Assembly (NCBI GenBank): GCA_951406725.2
Contig: OX597831.1
Span: forward strand, 69,812,001-69,876,000
Direction: 5' to 3'
Source of the DNA: Octopus vulgaris
Lineage: Eukaryota
DNA length: 64,000 bases
The first letter of the stretch is position 1. The number at the start of each line of letters is the position of its first letter. Made by a program: the position numbers and the translations under genes. The notes beneath the pieces were generated by a model. The model saw nothing but the letters and a program-made list of their open reading frames with translations. It was not told where the DNA came from and did no database searches. This document shows, in pieces, positions 26,300-39,020 of the stretch.

Positions 26300-28225
26300 G
26301 AGTTGAGACCAAATGGCGTATAAGAGCGAAGAGAGAAGATTAATTCCTGTTCACGGCGCAAACGGGAATCCGGATGGCCTCTGTGTAAGGACAAACCGAA
26401 CACAGATAGGTGTTGCAAGGAGTGACCGGTGGAGCGGAAATGGCGTGAGACCGGTGTGTCGTTCGCAAGGTGAATGTCACGAAGGTGTTCCGCGAACCGG
26501 TCAGCCAAGCGGCGTCCCGTTTGTCCGATGTACAAGGAATTGCAGAGAGATGCAATAGATAATATTGCTGGAGGTGCAGGTGAAGGAGTGGATGATGGGA
26601 TAGGGTCGATGGTGGGTGCTAGTGAGGCGGGTGGTGTTGGAGAGGTAAGGGCAAGTGCGGCAACGTGGGCGGGAGCAGGGGAACGAGCCGGGTTGGGAGG
26701 TAGGGTCAGGGAAGGAGCTATGGACCAAAAGGTCTCGAAGGTTGTGGGCTCGTTTGAAAGAGGGGAGGGGTCGGTTAGGGAAGAGGTGTGCGGACTGGAG
26801 ATGACGGAAAGCTCGAAGAATGGTGCATTGGAGACGTAGGGTCGTGGGGTGGTAAGTGAGGGGAAAAGGGAGGCGGGAGACTACAGGGCGGGTTCAGGGA
26901 GAGAGAGCAGATACACGGTCCACGGACCGTGCTCTGGCAAGGGCGGTGTGGATAGTGGTGAGGGGGTATCCACGTAGGGTGAAGTGGTGAGCCATACGTT
27001 GAGACTGAGTCTCAAAGTCATGGTCGTCACTACAGAGCCTACGTAGACGGAGGAATTGGGAATAGGGGATGGAAAGCTTGGTGTGTTCTGGGTGGGAGGA
27101 AGAGAAGTTGAGGTATGAGTGTGAGTCTGTGTGTTTGTAGTGAATGGAGGTGGTAAGAGTGGAGTGAAGAATACTAACCGAAATGTCGAGGAAGGAGACA
27201 GAGGTGTTGGAGATAGTGGAAGTGAAGTGGAGGGCTGGATGGAAAGATTGGACGAAAGAGAGGAAGGAATCTAGATGTTCGCGGGAGAGTGAGGTGGCAC
27301 CGATAATGTCGTCGATGTAACGACCATATAGTTCGGGAGTGGGACCAGTGAAATTAGAGAATATTTGGGCCTCAACATAGCCAACGAACAGGTTCGCATA
27401 GTTGGGGCCCATTCGCGTTCCCATGGCCACTCCCGAGACCTGATGGTAGAACTCGCCCGCGAACGAGAAGCAGTTCAGAGTAAGGACAAGTTCGGCCAGA
27501 CGAATGAGTGTGGAGGTGTCAGGTACAGGGTTAGAGCGGAGGTCAAGAAAGTGTCGAAGGGCCTGCAGTCCTTCGTGGTGAGGGATAACAGTATAGAGGC
27601 TTTGGATGTCCATAGTAAAAAGGATTTTGGAGGAGCCGGGAGGAAAGGAGAAAGAGTTGAAAAGCCGGAGAGCATGGTTGGTATCGTGGATGTGGGAGGG
27701 AAGAGATGCCACTAGGGGGGCAAGGACACGGTCGAGGTATTTAGAGATGAGCTCCGTGGGGCAGTTACAGGCGGAGACGATGGGGCGGCCAGGGTTGTTG
27801 GGTTTGTGGATTTGGGGGAGGAAGTAAATGGTGGGGGTACGTGGGGTTCGCACAATTAGGTTGGATGCGGTGCGGGGGAGACGGGAGGACGAGATGAGGT
27901 CGTGGACAGTAGAGGATACCGTCTGTTGGTAGCTACGTGTGGGGTTAGAGGGCAGAGGGGAATAGAAGGAGGTGTCATTGAGTTGGCGGAAAGCCTCGGC
28001 CCTATAGAGGTCCGCGCACCACACCACTACAGCTCCACCCTTGTCAGCCGGTTTGATGATAATGTCAGCGCGCCGTTGGAGGGAACGGAGAGCCAAGAGC
28101 TCAGCCGGGGAGATGTTGAGGCGGCGTTGGCGCCTGGAGAAGTTGAACCGCTCCAATGCACGCTGACAAGCGCCCGCGAAAAGATCCACTGCTAGGATCT
28201 GGCCAGGGGCAGGCAGGATAATCAC
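26300..28225 (-). pseudogene. PLE RT/GIY-YIG polyprotein with one nonsense codon (26894-26896) and one frameshift (~26545)
   Basis: ORFs 26894..28225 and 26501..26728 are in the same frame; the YIG half is in ORF 25960..26535. Confidence 0.9.
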
Positions 28226-29689
28226 TTTACTTTTCTTTTGCCAATTAAACAGGCATCATTTACTGGATGTTCACTTTAGTTTTTATTCGTGTTATTTTTA
28301 GTTTATACTTTAATCAAAGTTCCTTCATTACACATCTTGTGATCTCATCACTAACACTCTGTCCCATGTATGTCCCCTTGTCCTGCTTGTGCAGAGTCAC
28401 TGATGAGATCACAGAATGTGTGATGAAAGAACTTTGACAGACGTATAAACTAAAAGTGATCGAAATAAATACCAAAGTATAGGTCAAATAGCTAGAGTGT
28501 GTGTGTTTAAGTTGCAAAAAAAAAAATACAGGAAAATTGCAGCAAAGCTTGCATGATAATTGTGTCAGACATGGCATGCAGACCATCATATAACTTCTTT
28601 TATTCTTCGCTTTTATTTTATTTTGACATGCACATTGTGTTCTTTTTTCTTCTCTTTCATATTATGAATTCAGTGTGTGCATGGTGCATGCACATTGCTT
28701 GTTCATACTTCTCTTTCTGGTTTCTCCTCAAAACTGTTTACAGATCACAACCATCTCATGAATGAAGGTTTGCGAGGAACACTTCATGCTCCAATGTTTG
28801 TGAAAAAAAAATTACCATCTTCAAGTGCAATAACATTTGTTTCAAACACATGTATGTATAGACCAATAATTACATGTATACACATAAACAGGATAAATAG
28901 GTCCACATAAATATATACCTACACATCAGCATATATTGACATATCCACTTATTTATATATTCATATATGAAACAAGACTTACAGAAGATTAGGTACTGAA
29001 GTCCTGATGGTTACATAAAGTAGTGAATATAAGTCAATATATGTACTGGAGGAATCACTGCCTGACTAAGGTTATAAATACTCTGATAAATCATAAATTC
29101 AGGAGCATTAAACAGAACACAGAATTTCAAACACGTATTTCAATGCTGCAGATAACCATATCTTATAGACTAACAGCTGTAAAGATGGCACAAGTAATAA
29201 ACATGTTATAATTACATTACAAACCATTTGATTGACACCTTGATAAACAACATTACTCTGTATCATATAAATCAATACTGAAAAGTGATTGGAGTGAATA
29301 ATAGATTACAAATGGTAATTATAAACAGTTGGTATTATAAAGATAGAAAAGATAAATAGATAGTTAGTAAAATAAGTAGTGCAAGAGTAGTTAGCATATG
29401 GACAGTGAAGTTGATAATAAAGTTTTACAGTTCATGAATAATTAAATGCTGTGAGATGAAGTTTTGAGAAAAACAAACATAAACACCACTGTAAAGAAAC
29501 AGTGGCTGAAAGTGTGACTAAAGATTAAAAACTGAAAGCCCACTACTACTAATAGATGGTTGATTTTAATGAATGTCAGTATTTAAACAGTATAACACAC
29601 ACACACGCACACACACACACATACGCACGCACACACTGACACATACATATACATGTGTGCTTGTTCTGTGGAGTTCTATTTATTGTATA

Positions 29690-29986
29690 CTAGCAGTATC
29701 GCCCGGCGTTGCTCGGGTTTGTAAGGGAAATACTAATATAAGCATTTTTAGAGTTACTTCCCTTATATAATAGCAAAAAAATGCATTAAAAATGGGAAAA
29801 AATGATGGTAAATTTTTTTTAAAATCATAGACTCATCGTAGACGCGCGCTAATACCCAGAAGGGCTCGATATGAATCACGACTATAAGATACCCGCTTTT
29901 GGTTAAACTGCACTGCAAAATGTGAGAGTAGTTAGGAATCTAAATCGTAGGAGACAGACACACAATTTCTCTTTTATATATAAAGA
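29690..29986 (-). mobile_element. Non-autonomous Helitron
   Basis: Minus strand A|TCTTTATATATAAA start; 3' hairpin CCCGAGCAACGCCGGG followed by CTAG|T. Confidence 0.88.
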
Positions 29987-30308
29987 TATGTAAGAGATGA
30001 TAATGGAAGTTAAACATACAAAGCAACTACAAAAAAAAAAATTAATAAACATGGAACAGAGGTATGGCGTAAACAAACAATAGAAGTATCATGTTATTAC
30101 AAAATGCAATTCATATCTTAATTTTGTAATATAATATTACTAGGGTTATTACTGTCTATATGGGGATTTATGCCATGATATCAGCAAAGACTATATCCAT
30201 GATGATATGGTTTGATTTATAACTAAATTCAGTTTAATACAGACCAGACATAAAATTACTCTACACCACCACTTTCATTATTATCTTTATTAATATTATT
30301 TATGTTTA

Positions 30309-30723
30309 TAGGCGCAGGAGTGGCTGTGTGGTAAGTAGCTTGTTTACCAACCACATGGTTCTGGGTTCAGTCCCACTGTGTGGCACCTTGGGCAAGTGTC
30401 TTCTACCATAGCCTTGGCCGACCAAAGCCTTGTGAGTGGATTTGGTAGATGGAAACTGGAAAGAAGCCCGTCATATATATGTATATATATGTATATATGT
30501 GTGCATATGTGTTTGTGTGTTTGTGTTTGTTCCCCTAGCATTGCTTGACAACCGATGCTGGTGTGCTTATGTCCCCGTCACTTAGCAGTTCGGCAAAAGA
30601 GACCGATAGAATAAGTACTGGGCTTACAAAAGAATAAGTCCTGGGGTCGAGTTGCTCGACTAAAGGCGGTGCTTCAGCATGGCCACAGTCAAATGACTGA
30701 AACAAGTAAAAGAGTAAAAGAGT
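30309..30723 (+). mobile_element. SINE family A
   Basis: Full-length match. Confidence 0.92.
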
Positions 30724-30726
30724 TAT

Positions 30727-30935
30727 AAGGCAGTGAGCTGGCAGAATTGTTAGTAAATGCTTAGCAGCATTTCATCAGTTTTTTTTTTACTCTGAGTTCA
30801 AATTCTGCTGAGGTCAGCTTTGCCATTCATTCTTTTGAAGTAGATAGAACCAGTTCCATTTGAGCACTGGGGTTGATGTAATTGACTTACCCCCTCCCCC
30901 AAACTTGCTGGCCTGGTGCCAAAATTTGAAACCAA
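30727..30935 (+). mobile_element. SINE family B (older copy)
   Basis: aaggcagtgagctggcagaa head, gagttcaaattc B-box, family core. Confidence 0.75.
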
Positions 30936-31234
30936 TATCATCCATGTTCTTATTTTCAATACCCAACTGATGATTATTTCACATTATGTAATGGATAAAT
31001 ATCGAAGAGAATTTGTCTGTATTGAATCTCAAATTAATTCTTTTTCATAAATGATACGTCATGATGATATCTCAAGTAATTCTTGGTTTACATAGCACAC
31101 ATTTTTCCCAACTTATTTGACACTTTGTAGTTGAAAATAACATAGAAATTTATTGGTAGTAATCTATGTGTCTATCACACACACACATAAACACAATGTA
31201 TGCCTATACATAGTCGTCAAAGACATTGCCTGGA

Positions 31235-31650
31235 TAGGCGGTGTTTTAATGGTGAGCTACTAACACACCTCTGATTTGCAAAGGATATCATACTCGTTGC
31301 CAAAGCCAAAGATCAACAGCAGCCCATGCTGACAGAGCTGAAAACCCAGAGCTTAGCAGCAGGCCTTAAAATGAAGTGCATGACAATAAAATACATATGA
31401 CCCAAAAACGTAGTACAAGAGGAAACAGAGGTGGGGAGTGATGAAATCAAGGTGATAAAGCAGTATGTCTACTTTGTGCATACAGTGTATATGTAGAAAG
31501 ACATGGATGCTGAAATCTCAAAGAGAATAGAGGCAGGATGGAAAGCATTTACCTCAATAAAAAAGGATCTCAAAGCAAAGCTGGACAAGGCCATACCTGT
31601 GAGACTCTTCAGCAGCACTGTCCTATCTGCACTCATATATGCAGGTACTA
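31235..31650 (+). pseudogene. RTE-clade LINE RT fragment
   Basis: LTHL*FAKDIILVA, AGLKM, YVY, EISKRIEAGWKAF motifs. Confidence 0.75.
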
Positions 31651-31812
31651 GAAATTGCTAGTACATTATTCAACAAAATTTTAATATATGTATATACATA
31701 TGTATATACATATATATAAAGATATATGCATAACATATATGTAGGGGTGTGTGTGAGAGAGAGAGAAATAAAGAGAAAAAGAGAGAGAAAGTGAGGGAAT
31801 ATGCATGCATAT

Positions 31813-31971
31813 ACTCTTTACTCTATTTTATTTGTTTCAGTCATTTGACTGCGGCCATACTGGAGCACTGCCTTTAGTCGAACAAATTGATGGGGACGTA
31901 AACACACCAGCATCGGTTGTCAAGTAATGCTAGGGGGACAAACACAGACACACAAACATATACACGCGCAT

Positions 31972-32020
<49 letters not shown>

Positions 32021-32187
32021 TATGACAGGCTTCTTTCAGTTTCTGTTTACCAAATCCACTCACAAGGCATTGGTCGGCTCGAGGCTATAGTAGAAGACAC
32101 TTGCCCAAGATGCCACGTAGTGGGACTGAACCCGGAACCATGTGGCTGGTAAGCAAGCTACTGACCACACAGCCACTCCTGCGCCTA
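31813..32187 (-). mobile_element. SINE family A with internal deletion
   Basis: Lacks the segment between caaattga and ggggacgt. Confidence 0.9.
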
Positions 32188-32939
32188 TATATATGCATAT
32201 ATTTAATTTATCTTGAACAATGTGCTTACAATGTTAAATTTTAGTGTCAAGCTGTAACGTCAGCTGGAAATGCATTAATAAATTCTGCATGCATTCACAC
32301 ACAAACACACACACATGTTTGTATACGTACCTACTTAGTTACATGAATAATATAATGTAAGTGCACACACACACACGCACACATGGAATGTTTTTTATAG
32401 AGCAGTATTTAGTAACACATAATTACACACACATACTTGCATGTATAGCAAACTTACAAACTAAATTTGCCCTTAAGCCTGTCATTATGAATGTACGCAA
32501 TATCTTTCTACAACTGAAAATATTTACTTAAGTTCCATTTGCAAGCAATGCTAGAGATAATAATGGAGCAGTCAATGATGGAGATTAATCTTAGAAACAA
32601 CTACAATAACAACAATATGGAAAAACAGTAATACCAATGATAATAGTAATAATAGTAAGAGCAACATAGTAGCAATATTGATTATACTATTAATAATATG
32701 GACGATATTAATATTAAAAGAAATATTAATAATAATATTTATAAGAAAAAATAATGATAATAACAAAAACAACTATTATTATGCTTATGATTATTACTAT
32801 TTTAATATGTCTTATATTTGCCACAAGGGCGATGGAAATGGGGACATTGCATGGAGAGGTTACAAAACATGTGGTGGTTTACAGTGATTTACTGAGTGTA
32901 AAAATGAAAGAAACAGTACATGCAGTATCCAAAATTTTA

Positions 32940-33354
32940 GGATCTTTTCTGTTTGAATGGCAGTTTTTAACATAATTTCTAGGTAACTAAAAAATTTTAA
33001 ACTTCGTATACTGGTAGAATGTGTTTATAAAACATCTTTTTCTCTTGGCTTTATTGAGAAAATTCTATAATTTGTAAGATATTTGTTGTTTTTTTCTTCA
33101 ATTTCTGCAATTTCAACCAATCGATGATGTCCATTGAGTTAAAAAACATTCTGTGCCATATGAATATGTCCCTCGTTTAAGAAACAGATTGGGCTTATTT
33201 GCATTTGTGAAGAAAAAAAGATACCCTTCCCCCACCCCTAACCCTAACCCTAAAAGAAATTGAAATGCAATAGATCGATTCTAGGGTCATAATTATGGGT
33301 GACAATTTCATATGACACCACTAGAAAAAACTGCCGTTCAAACCGAAAAGATCC
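32940..33354. mobile_element. MITE with ~28-bp TIRs and 8-bp TSD (Merlin-like termini)
   Basis: GGATCTTTTCTGTTTGAATGGCAGTTTTT / AAAAACTGCCGTTCAAACCGAAAAGATCC; AAATTTTA on both sides. Confidence 0.88.
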
Positions 33355-34049
33355 AAATTTTATAATGCTTCCAGAATAGGGCTATCTTTCAGGGCTAGTT
33401 AAAGTACCTTACAAATCCAAGATTAACTTGCACTTACTAAGAAAAGCCCTGTTTACTCTTACAGTTTTCATCTCTTGTCATATTTTAAAACAAATTTATC
33501 AGAGAAAAATACTCTCATCTCTTCCATCATATTTCTCTCCAAGTTTAACCAAAAATAATCGATGAAGGCTTTGCTGAAAAGAAAACTCCCAGTGTTCAGT
33601 CCTTTCAATTCCATCTACTACACATCCTTATTTTCCATTACCCTTTTTCCATACTCATCAAACAGAGAAAACCAACCTATGCTTCTCAACCAATTTCCAA
33701 GGTGGATTTAGCCAATAACTAAGCTCATGCACAAGTCATGTACATACAGAATAGTTTGATTGCTCAATTCCCATTTCTGACACAACCAGATCATAGCACT
33801 TCCATTATATTATTTACTTCTAAAAGCTGCAACATACCAGCCAGCTGATTCTCATCAAAAGTCAAATATTCACTTATCTATGGTCCTCTCTGTAATGCTA
33901 AAATGGAATTACAAACAGCACCATTACTCAGATAATAGAGGGTTGTTGTCATCTGACAACACTACAGTTAGTAAATACAGTCTTCATATCTTGATTTGCA
34001 TTTGATCCAAGACTGCTCCTCTGTCAAAGAAACAAGTTTTGAGAACATA

Positions 34050-34466
34050 TGGGTGCAGGAGTGGCTGTGTGGTAAGAAGCTTGCTTCCCAACAACATTGT
34101 TACAGGTTTAGTCCCACTGTGTGGCACCTTGGGCAAGTGTCTTCTATTATAGCCTCAGGCCAATCAAAAGCCTTGTGAGTGGATTTGGTAGACGGAAACT
34201 AAAAGAAGCCTGTCGTATACACACAGACACACACACACACACGCATATATATATATATATTTGTGTGTCAGTGTTTGTCTCCTCCACCATCGCTTGACAA
34301 CCAATGTTGGTGTGTCTACATCCCCATAACTTAGTGGCTTAGCAAAAAGAGAGTGAAAAAGTACTAGGCTTACAAAGAATAAGTCCTGGGGTTGATTTGT
34401 TCGACTAAAAGGTGGTGCTCCAGCATGGCTGCAGTCAAATGACTGAAACAAATAAAAGAATAAAGG
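34050..34466 (+). mobile_element. SINE family A (diverged subfamily)
   Basis: Same head, core and tail. Confidence 0.88.
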
Positions 34467-35195
34467 AATGTCTCACAGGTGGTGACCACACCCACTCAGC
34501 ATCTTGGAATTTCTTGCAGCATCAGTGTGTGCAATTTTATGTATCACCAGCTTTGTCATTTTGAGTTTGTTGTGCATCAGGTTTTGGCAGCAGATAGCAT
34601 TTTGGCCAGTGGAATGTATCCCTTCAATAAAAAGGGTGATGAAAGGAGTAGAGATTATAACAAGCTGCACAAACTAGGAATCCTGATAGACTTATATTAC
34701 TGAGGATAAATTCCCAAGATTTTATCTTACACAAATGTAAGATAAATATATTTCATATCTATACAAGCCAGAGCCCTACGAGCACTAAGGATTCATTGGC
34801 CAAGTAGATCTTCTCCTTATTCTGTCATCTTTGGAGTCTCTGAGTTCAGTTTTATCTCACATTCTCCTCCTCCTATATACATCAACGAGTTACTTCCACC
34901 ACATATATCAACTCCCACTTTTGCATATGATACTACTCTTTAAATTATAATGATGCAGATTATAAAATAATTGTTCAAAATACCAGGGAGACTTTTGTAA
35001 GACCTAATTTAGTACAGGGAAGAATATTTGGCTAAAATCAGACTACAATTATTTAGTAAGCATGAGATCCATGTTTCAATCTTTGTTGATTAAAAATTAT
35101 AAATATATTGTAGGCACTGCAAAGCCCTGTGGTTAAAAAGTTTGCTCCGAAACCTTAAAGTCACAGTTTTCCTTTCACTGCATGGTATCTTGGAT

Positions 35196-35610
35196 TACTC
35201 TCTCTTTTCTCTCTTTTACTTGTTTCAGTCATTTGACTGCAGCCATGCTGGAGCACCGCCTTTAGTCGAGCAAATCAACCCCGGGACTTATTCTTTGTAA
35301 GCTCAGTACTTATTCTATCGGTCTCTTTTGCCGAACCGCTAAGTGACGGGGACGTAAACACACCAGCATCGGTTGTCAAGCAATGCTAGGGGACAAACAC
35401 AGACACACAAACACACACACGCATATATATATATATACATATATACGACAGGCTTCTTTCAGTTTCCGTCTACCAAATCCACTCACAAGGCATTGGTCGG
35501 CCCGGGGCTATAGCAGAAGACACTTGCCCAAGATGCCACGCAGTGGGACTGAACCCGGAACCATGTGGTTGGTAAGCAAGCTACTTACCACACAGCCACT
35601 CCTGCGCCTA
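35196..35610 (-). mobile_element. SINE family A inserted in an older SINE head
   Basis: Full-length; atcttggat is repeated on both sides. Confidence 0.92.
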
Positions 35611-35926
35611 TAAGTAGGTTTTTTTTTTAAATCTTGGATAAGTATTCTTTTTTTATTGATTTATACCTAAGACTGTATTGTGAAATTGGATTGATAGAAA
35701 CTATGCAAATCCAATTTCACTGAATTATAGATACAATCCACTAATCAGGTGGATTGGATTGTATCTGTAGGTCAAAGGTCTGACCTTGCTACACTGTCAT
35801 ATTGATTATACCTGAGAATTACATAAAGAATACATCTGCTTATGGAATACTCGGCCACTTACATGTTAATTCATTTATGGCTGGAAATTCAGATGGATAA
35901 CCATTTTATTATTTATATTGACCTTA

Positions 35927-36160
35927 GAAGGCGGCGAGCTGGCAGAAACGTTAGCACGCCGGGCGAAATGCGTTGCCGTATTTCGTCTGCCGTTACGTTC
36001 CAAGTTCAAATTCCACCGAGGTCGAGTTTGCCTTTCATCCTTCCGGGGTCGATAAATTAAGTACCAGTTACGCACTGGGGTCGATGTAATCGACTTAATC
36101 CGTTTGTCTGTCCTTGTTTGTCTCCTCTGTGTTTAGCCCCTTGTGGGTAGTAAAGAAATA
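35927..36160 (+). mobile_element. tRNA-derived SINE family B (Meta/MESC-like core), full length
   Basis: ggcggcgagctggcagaa A-box, gttcaaattcc B-box, gcctttcatccttccggggtcgataaattaagtaccag core; flanking TSD tatattRacct. Confidence 0.9.
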
Positions 36161-37835
36161 TATATTAACCTCATATTAAACTATTAGCCATTAAGCTGTA
36201 CATACACACTCAGAACGGTTTCTCCTTTTTTCTTTGCCTTTTTTTGAAAGTTGTAATTACCATCTGCTTCATAACAATAAAAATATCCCCATTAACTGCT
36301 ACTGCTATCCTCCAAACTGTTCTGTCTTTAACATTACTTCTCTGGGTTTGTGATCAATATGGTACTTTTGCAAGTTGCTTTCATTGTCGCCTTTGAAATG
36401 CAGCTTGGTTCTTCATCTTTGTACTTCCTTTAAAAAAAAAAGTCGCACTGAAAGCAATCGTTTTGGGATTCCTTTTGTGTGCCAGAAATTTTAACATTCT
36501 GGTCATCATTATTGATACTGGCACAGGATAGACATTAATTTTGGAAGTTTAGCTTGCTGCAACACTTTGATGCTGGTGATTTTTATCATGACATCAAGTG
36601 TTTAGGAACTTTACAAAGGCACTGAAAATGGATTGAATTCAGCCTTTTCAGTTTCACGATTCTTGAGCAAATAATCCAAGACTCGGATTCATAAAACTGA
36701 GGATAAACACCTCCTCAGAGATTTCTATCTTAGTTCTTCCATGCTATGTATTTGCGTGCATGTATGTGTGTGTGTGTTTGTGTATGTTGCATGTGAGTGT
36801 ATATGCACGTGTTGTGTGTGAGTGTGATTGTGTGTTTGCGTAAACATTTGTTTTAATTTGATTTTATCAACACAAAATTCATTTCTTTGATACCCTTGGA
36901 ATTAATTGCCCGTTCTGAGGTGTCATAAAATTCCAATGAAACTCTTTCTCTCTCTCTCTCTCTCCTTCCGTTTCTCTCTCTTTTTCTTGCTGGCACTCTC
37001 TCTTTGTCTTTTTCCCAGCTCTAAAAGCTAAAAGATATCATCTCAATAAAGTTAATGCTCTATAAATATAATGTTTCACCCCCATGTAGAAAATGGCTTT
37101 TAAATCCTATCTAATAACAGTATGTGCTCATTATTTGAGTTGATTTTCTCTTTCATTCACAATTACCTGCTAATCCTCAAATGCCACTTAATACCTCATT
37201 TGCTGCTTTAAATATTCCCACTCAAAGAATCACAAAACACTATTATCTCTTAAAATACTGTTTCCAAAGGACTTTTCATGGTTTCCCTTCAATTAATATT
37301 AGCAGTATCAGCATTCAAGTTCAGATAATTTTTTGATTAAAGTTCTAATTGGATATCAACTGATTAAATTATATTTAGTAAATCATTATCAAAACTATAC
37401 AGCAATCAGACAAATGATATTTCATAGTGAAGATTTTAATGAATCACATTTATTTATTCCAACCAGCAATTGTAAATTATATAAATCATAAATGTAGTTA
37501 TCATAGATGAAGCAAAAGTGACAAATAGTGGAGACAAATGACATGTTGCACATTATTTATTAACCAACTCTGTATGTTGTGGGCATTAATTATTCTTTTA
37601 CTGGTTTCAGCCACTAACCAGAGCACACTGTGGGGAACTTGAAGTTGTTTTAGTAATTTTTATAGTTGATTATATCAACATCAATACTTTTACATCTGTT
37701 TCTTTAGTGGCAAAGTTTACCTCTTGGTGCGAAGAGACGTAATTCAGACATAGCCTAATGTCTCTACAGTATTTTTGTTCATCATACTAAATTTTTGCAA
37801 ATATATTCACCCGCACAGACACATATCCGCACACA

Positions 37836-37919
37836 ACATACACTTACACAAACATACATATGCATGTGTATGTAGACACCTACATACACATGCATATGTA
37901 TGTTTGTGTAAGTGTATGT
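37836..37919. repeat. Perfect 40-bp inverted repeat with 4-nt loop
   Basis: 37836-37875 is the exact reverse complement of 37880-37919. Confidence 0.9.
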
Positions 37920-37953
37920 GTGCGTGTTTGTGAGTGTGTGTGTGTTTATATAA

Positions 37954-38738
37954 TCTAATAAATAATATAATATAATAATATTATAAATGCGAAAACTAAT
38001 TTCTGTGTGTCAGTGTGTCACACTTTGACCCTCTCTCTCACTAATCACTGACACTCCTACTATTGCTCATGTTGGGATGAGAGTAATAGTAGACATAGAA
38101 ATCGTGAGGGTGGTGGTGAAGACAACAGACAAAGAGAGAGGGAAAGAAAAAGAGGGAGAGAAATTTAGTAGTGTTTATGGTGGCATTGGGAGTAATTATA
38201 AGAGAGAAAAAGGGACTGACCCCTGAACTAACATGCTGAAGTAACATACTGAACGAACACACACATATTTAGCCTTTTTGTGCTGGTAATGGGGTGATAG
38301 TAACAGTATGAGCTGTAATTGTGATAGAGGTGGAGGTGGCTGTGATGATGGTGGTGGTGGTGGTAGCCAAGGTGGTGAGGGATGAAGTGAGAATAAGCGA
38401 TGTGAAAAACAGCGGTGATGATGATGGAGGGGAAGGCGGCGAAGTCAAAGGTTTTGATGGTGGTGGCATCAGAAGTCTGAATGGTGTGTGTATGGCAGAT
38501 GAGGTGGTGATGGCAGTGGTTCTGTTATTTATCATGCAGCTTTGCGATAAGATCCAAGTTGACAAATTATATCATTGTTTTGATGAAAATTGTTCATTGC
38601 TTGAAAAATATTGTTGAAGTTAATAAAGTTTAACATGTACATAATGCATAAAGTGTCATTGTTGGGCCCAAGGTCTAACGAAGAGCCCTTCACAGGAGCT
38701 AGGTTAAAAGCTGCCCGTTAGGATGGCTTTTAAGCTAG
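37954..38738 (+). mobile_element. Probable non-autonomous Helitron
   Basis: A|TCTAATAAAT..ataaatgcgaaa start; imperfect 3' hairpin gcccgttaggatggc followed by CTAG|T. Confidence 0.6.
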
Positions 38739-38867
38739 TATATGTATATGTCACAAATCCAGCAAAAGGTGATGATTTTAATACAAGATATCCTGATGTA
38801 TTGTGAATCAACTAATAAAACCTTACATCTAGATCCAGTAATATGTATATATATATATATATATATA

Positions 38868-39020
38868 TAAAGGGAAAGTTTACGAAAAAAACAAAAGACA
38901 AAGACAGGTGGTGTACAAAACAAACAGATGTATTAGTATAATGCTCAGGAATAGAAAATGTCTTTTACGTTTCGAGCCTACGCTCTTCTACAGAAAGGTA
39001 CACAGAAAAAACAAGGAGGT
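38868..39020 (-). mobile_element. Solo pLTR related to the 25345 PLE, with HHR at 38961-38998 (core CUGUAGA)
   Basis: CTTT-CTGTAGA-A-GAGC-GTAG-GCTC-GAAA-CGTA-AAAG; similar to 25346-25500; abuts (TA)n. Confidence 0.82.

Larger units (their letters stand above)
25345..28225 (-). mobile_element. Young 5'-truncated Penelope-like element, Neptune-type (RT - Cys linker - GIY-YIG, long 3' UTR, pLTR with HHR)
   Basis: RT motifs KPADKG, PGRPIVS, MDIQSLYT, GVAMGTRMGPNYANLF, RYIDD; linker CSRPRCRTC; NIIYCIS...YIGQTGRRLADRFAEH...REQELIFSL...GLN. Its 3' end abuts (TA)n. Confidence 0.95.

Noticed and set aside
26894-26896. In-frame TGA in the PLE ORF as selenocysteine (described for some Naiad PLEs)
   Set aside because: It lies in a variable linker, not at a conserved Cys; CGA>TGA decay explains it; the copy also has a frameshift and no SECIS was recognised.
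27365-28195. Plus-strand ORFs overlapping the PLE RT
   Set aside because: Antisense shadows of a GC-rich coding region.
34479-34703. 74-aa ORF after a cAG as an exon
   Set aside because: No recognisable motif; the acceptor abuts a SINE tail and lacks a pyrimidine tract.
38269-38617. Thr/Val-rich ORFs
   Set aside because: Low-complexity (GGT/GAT)n interior of the probable Helitron.
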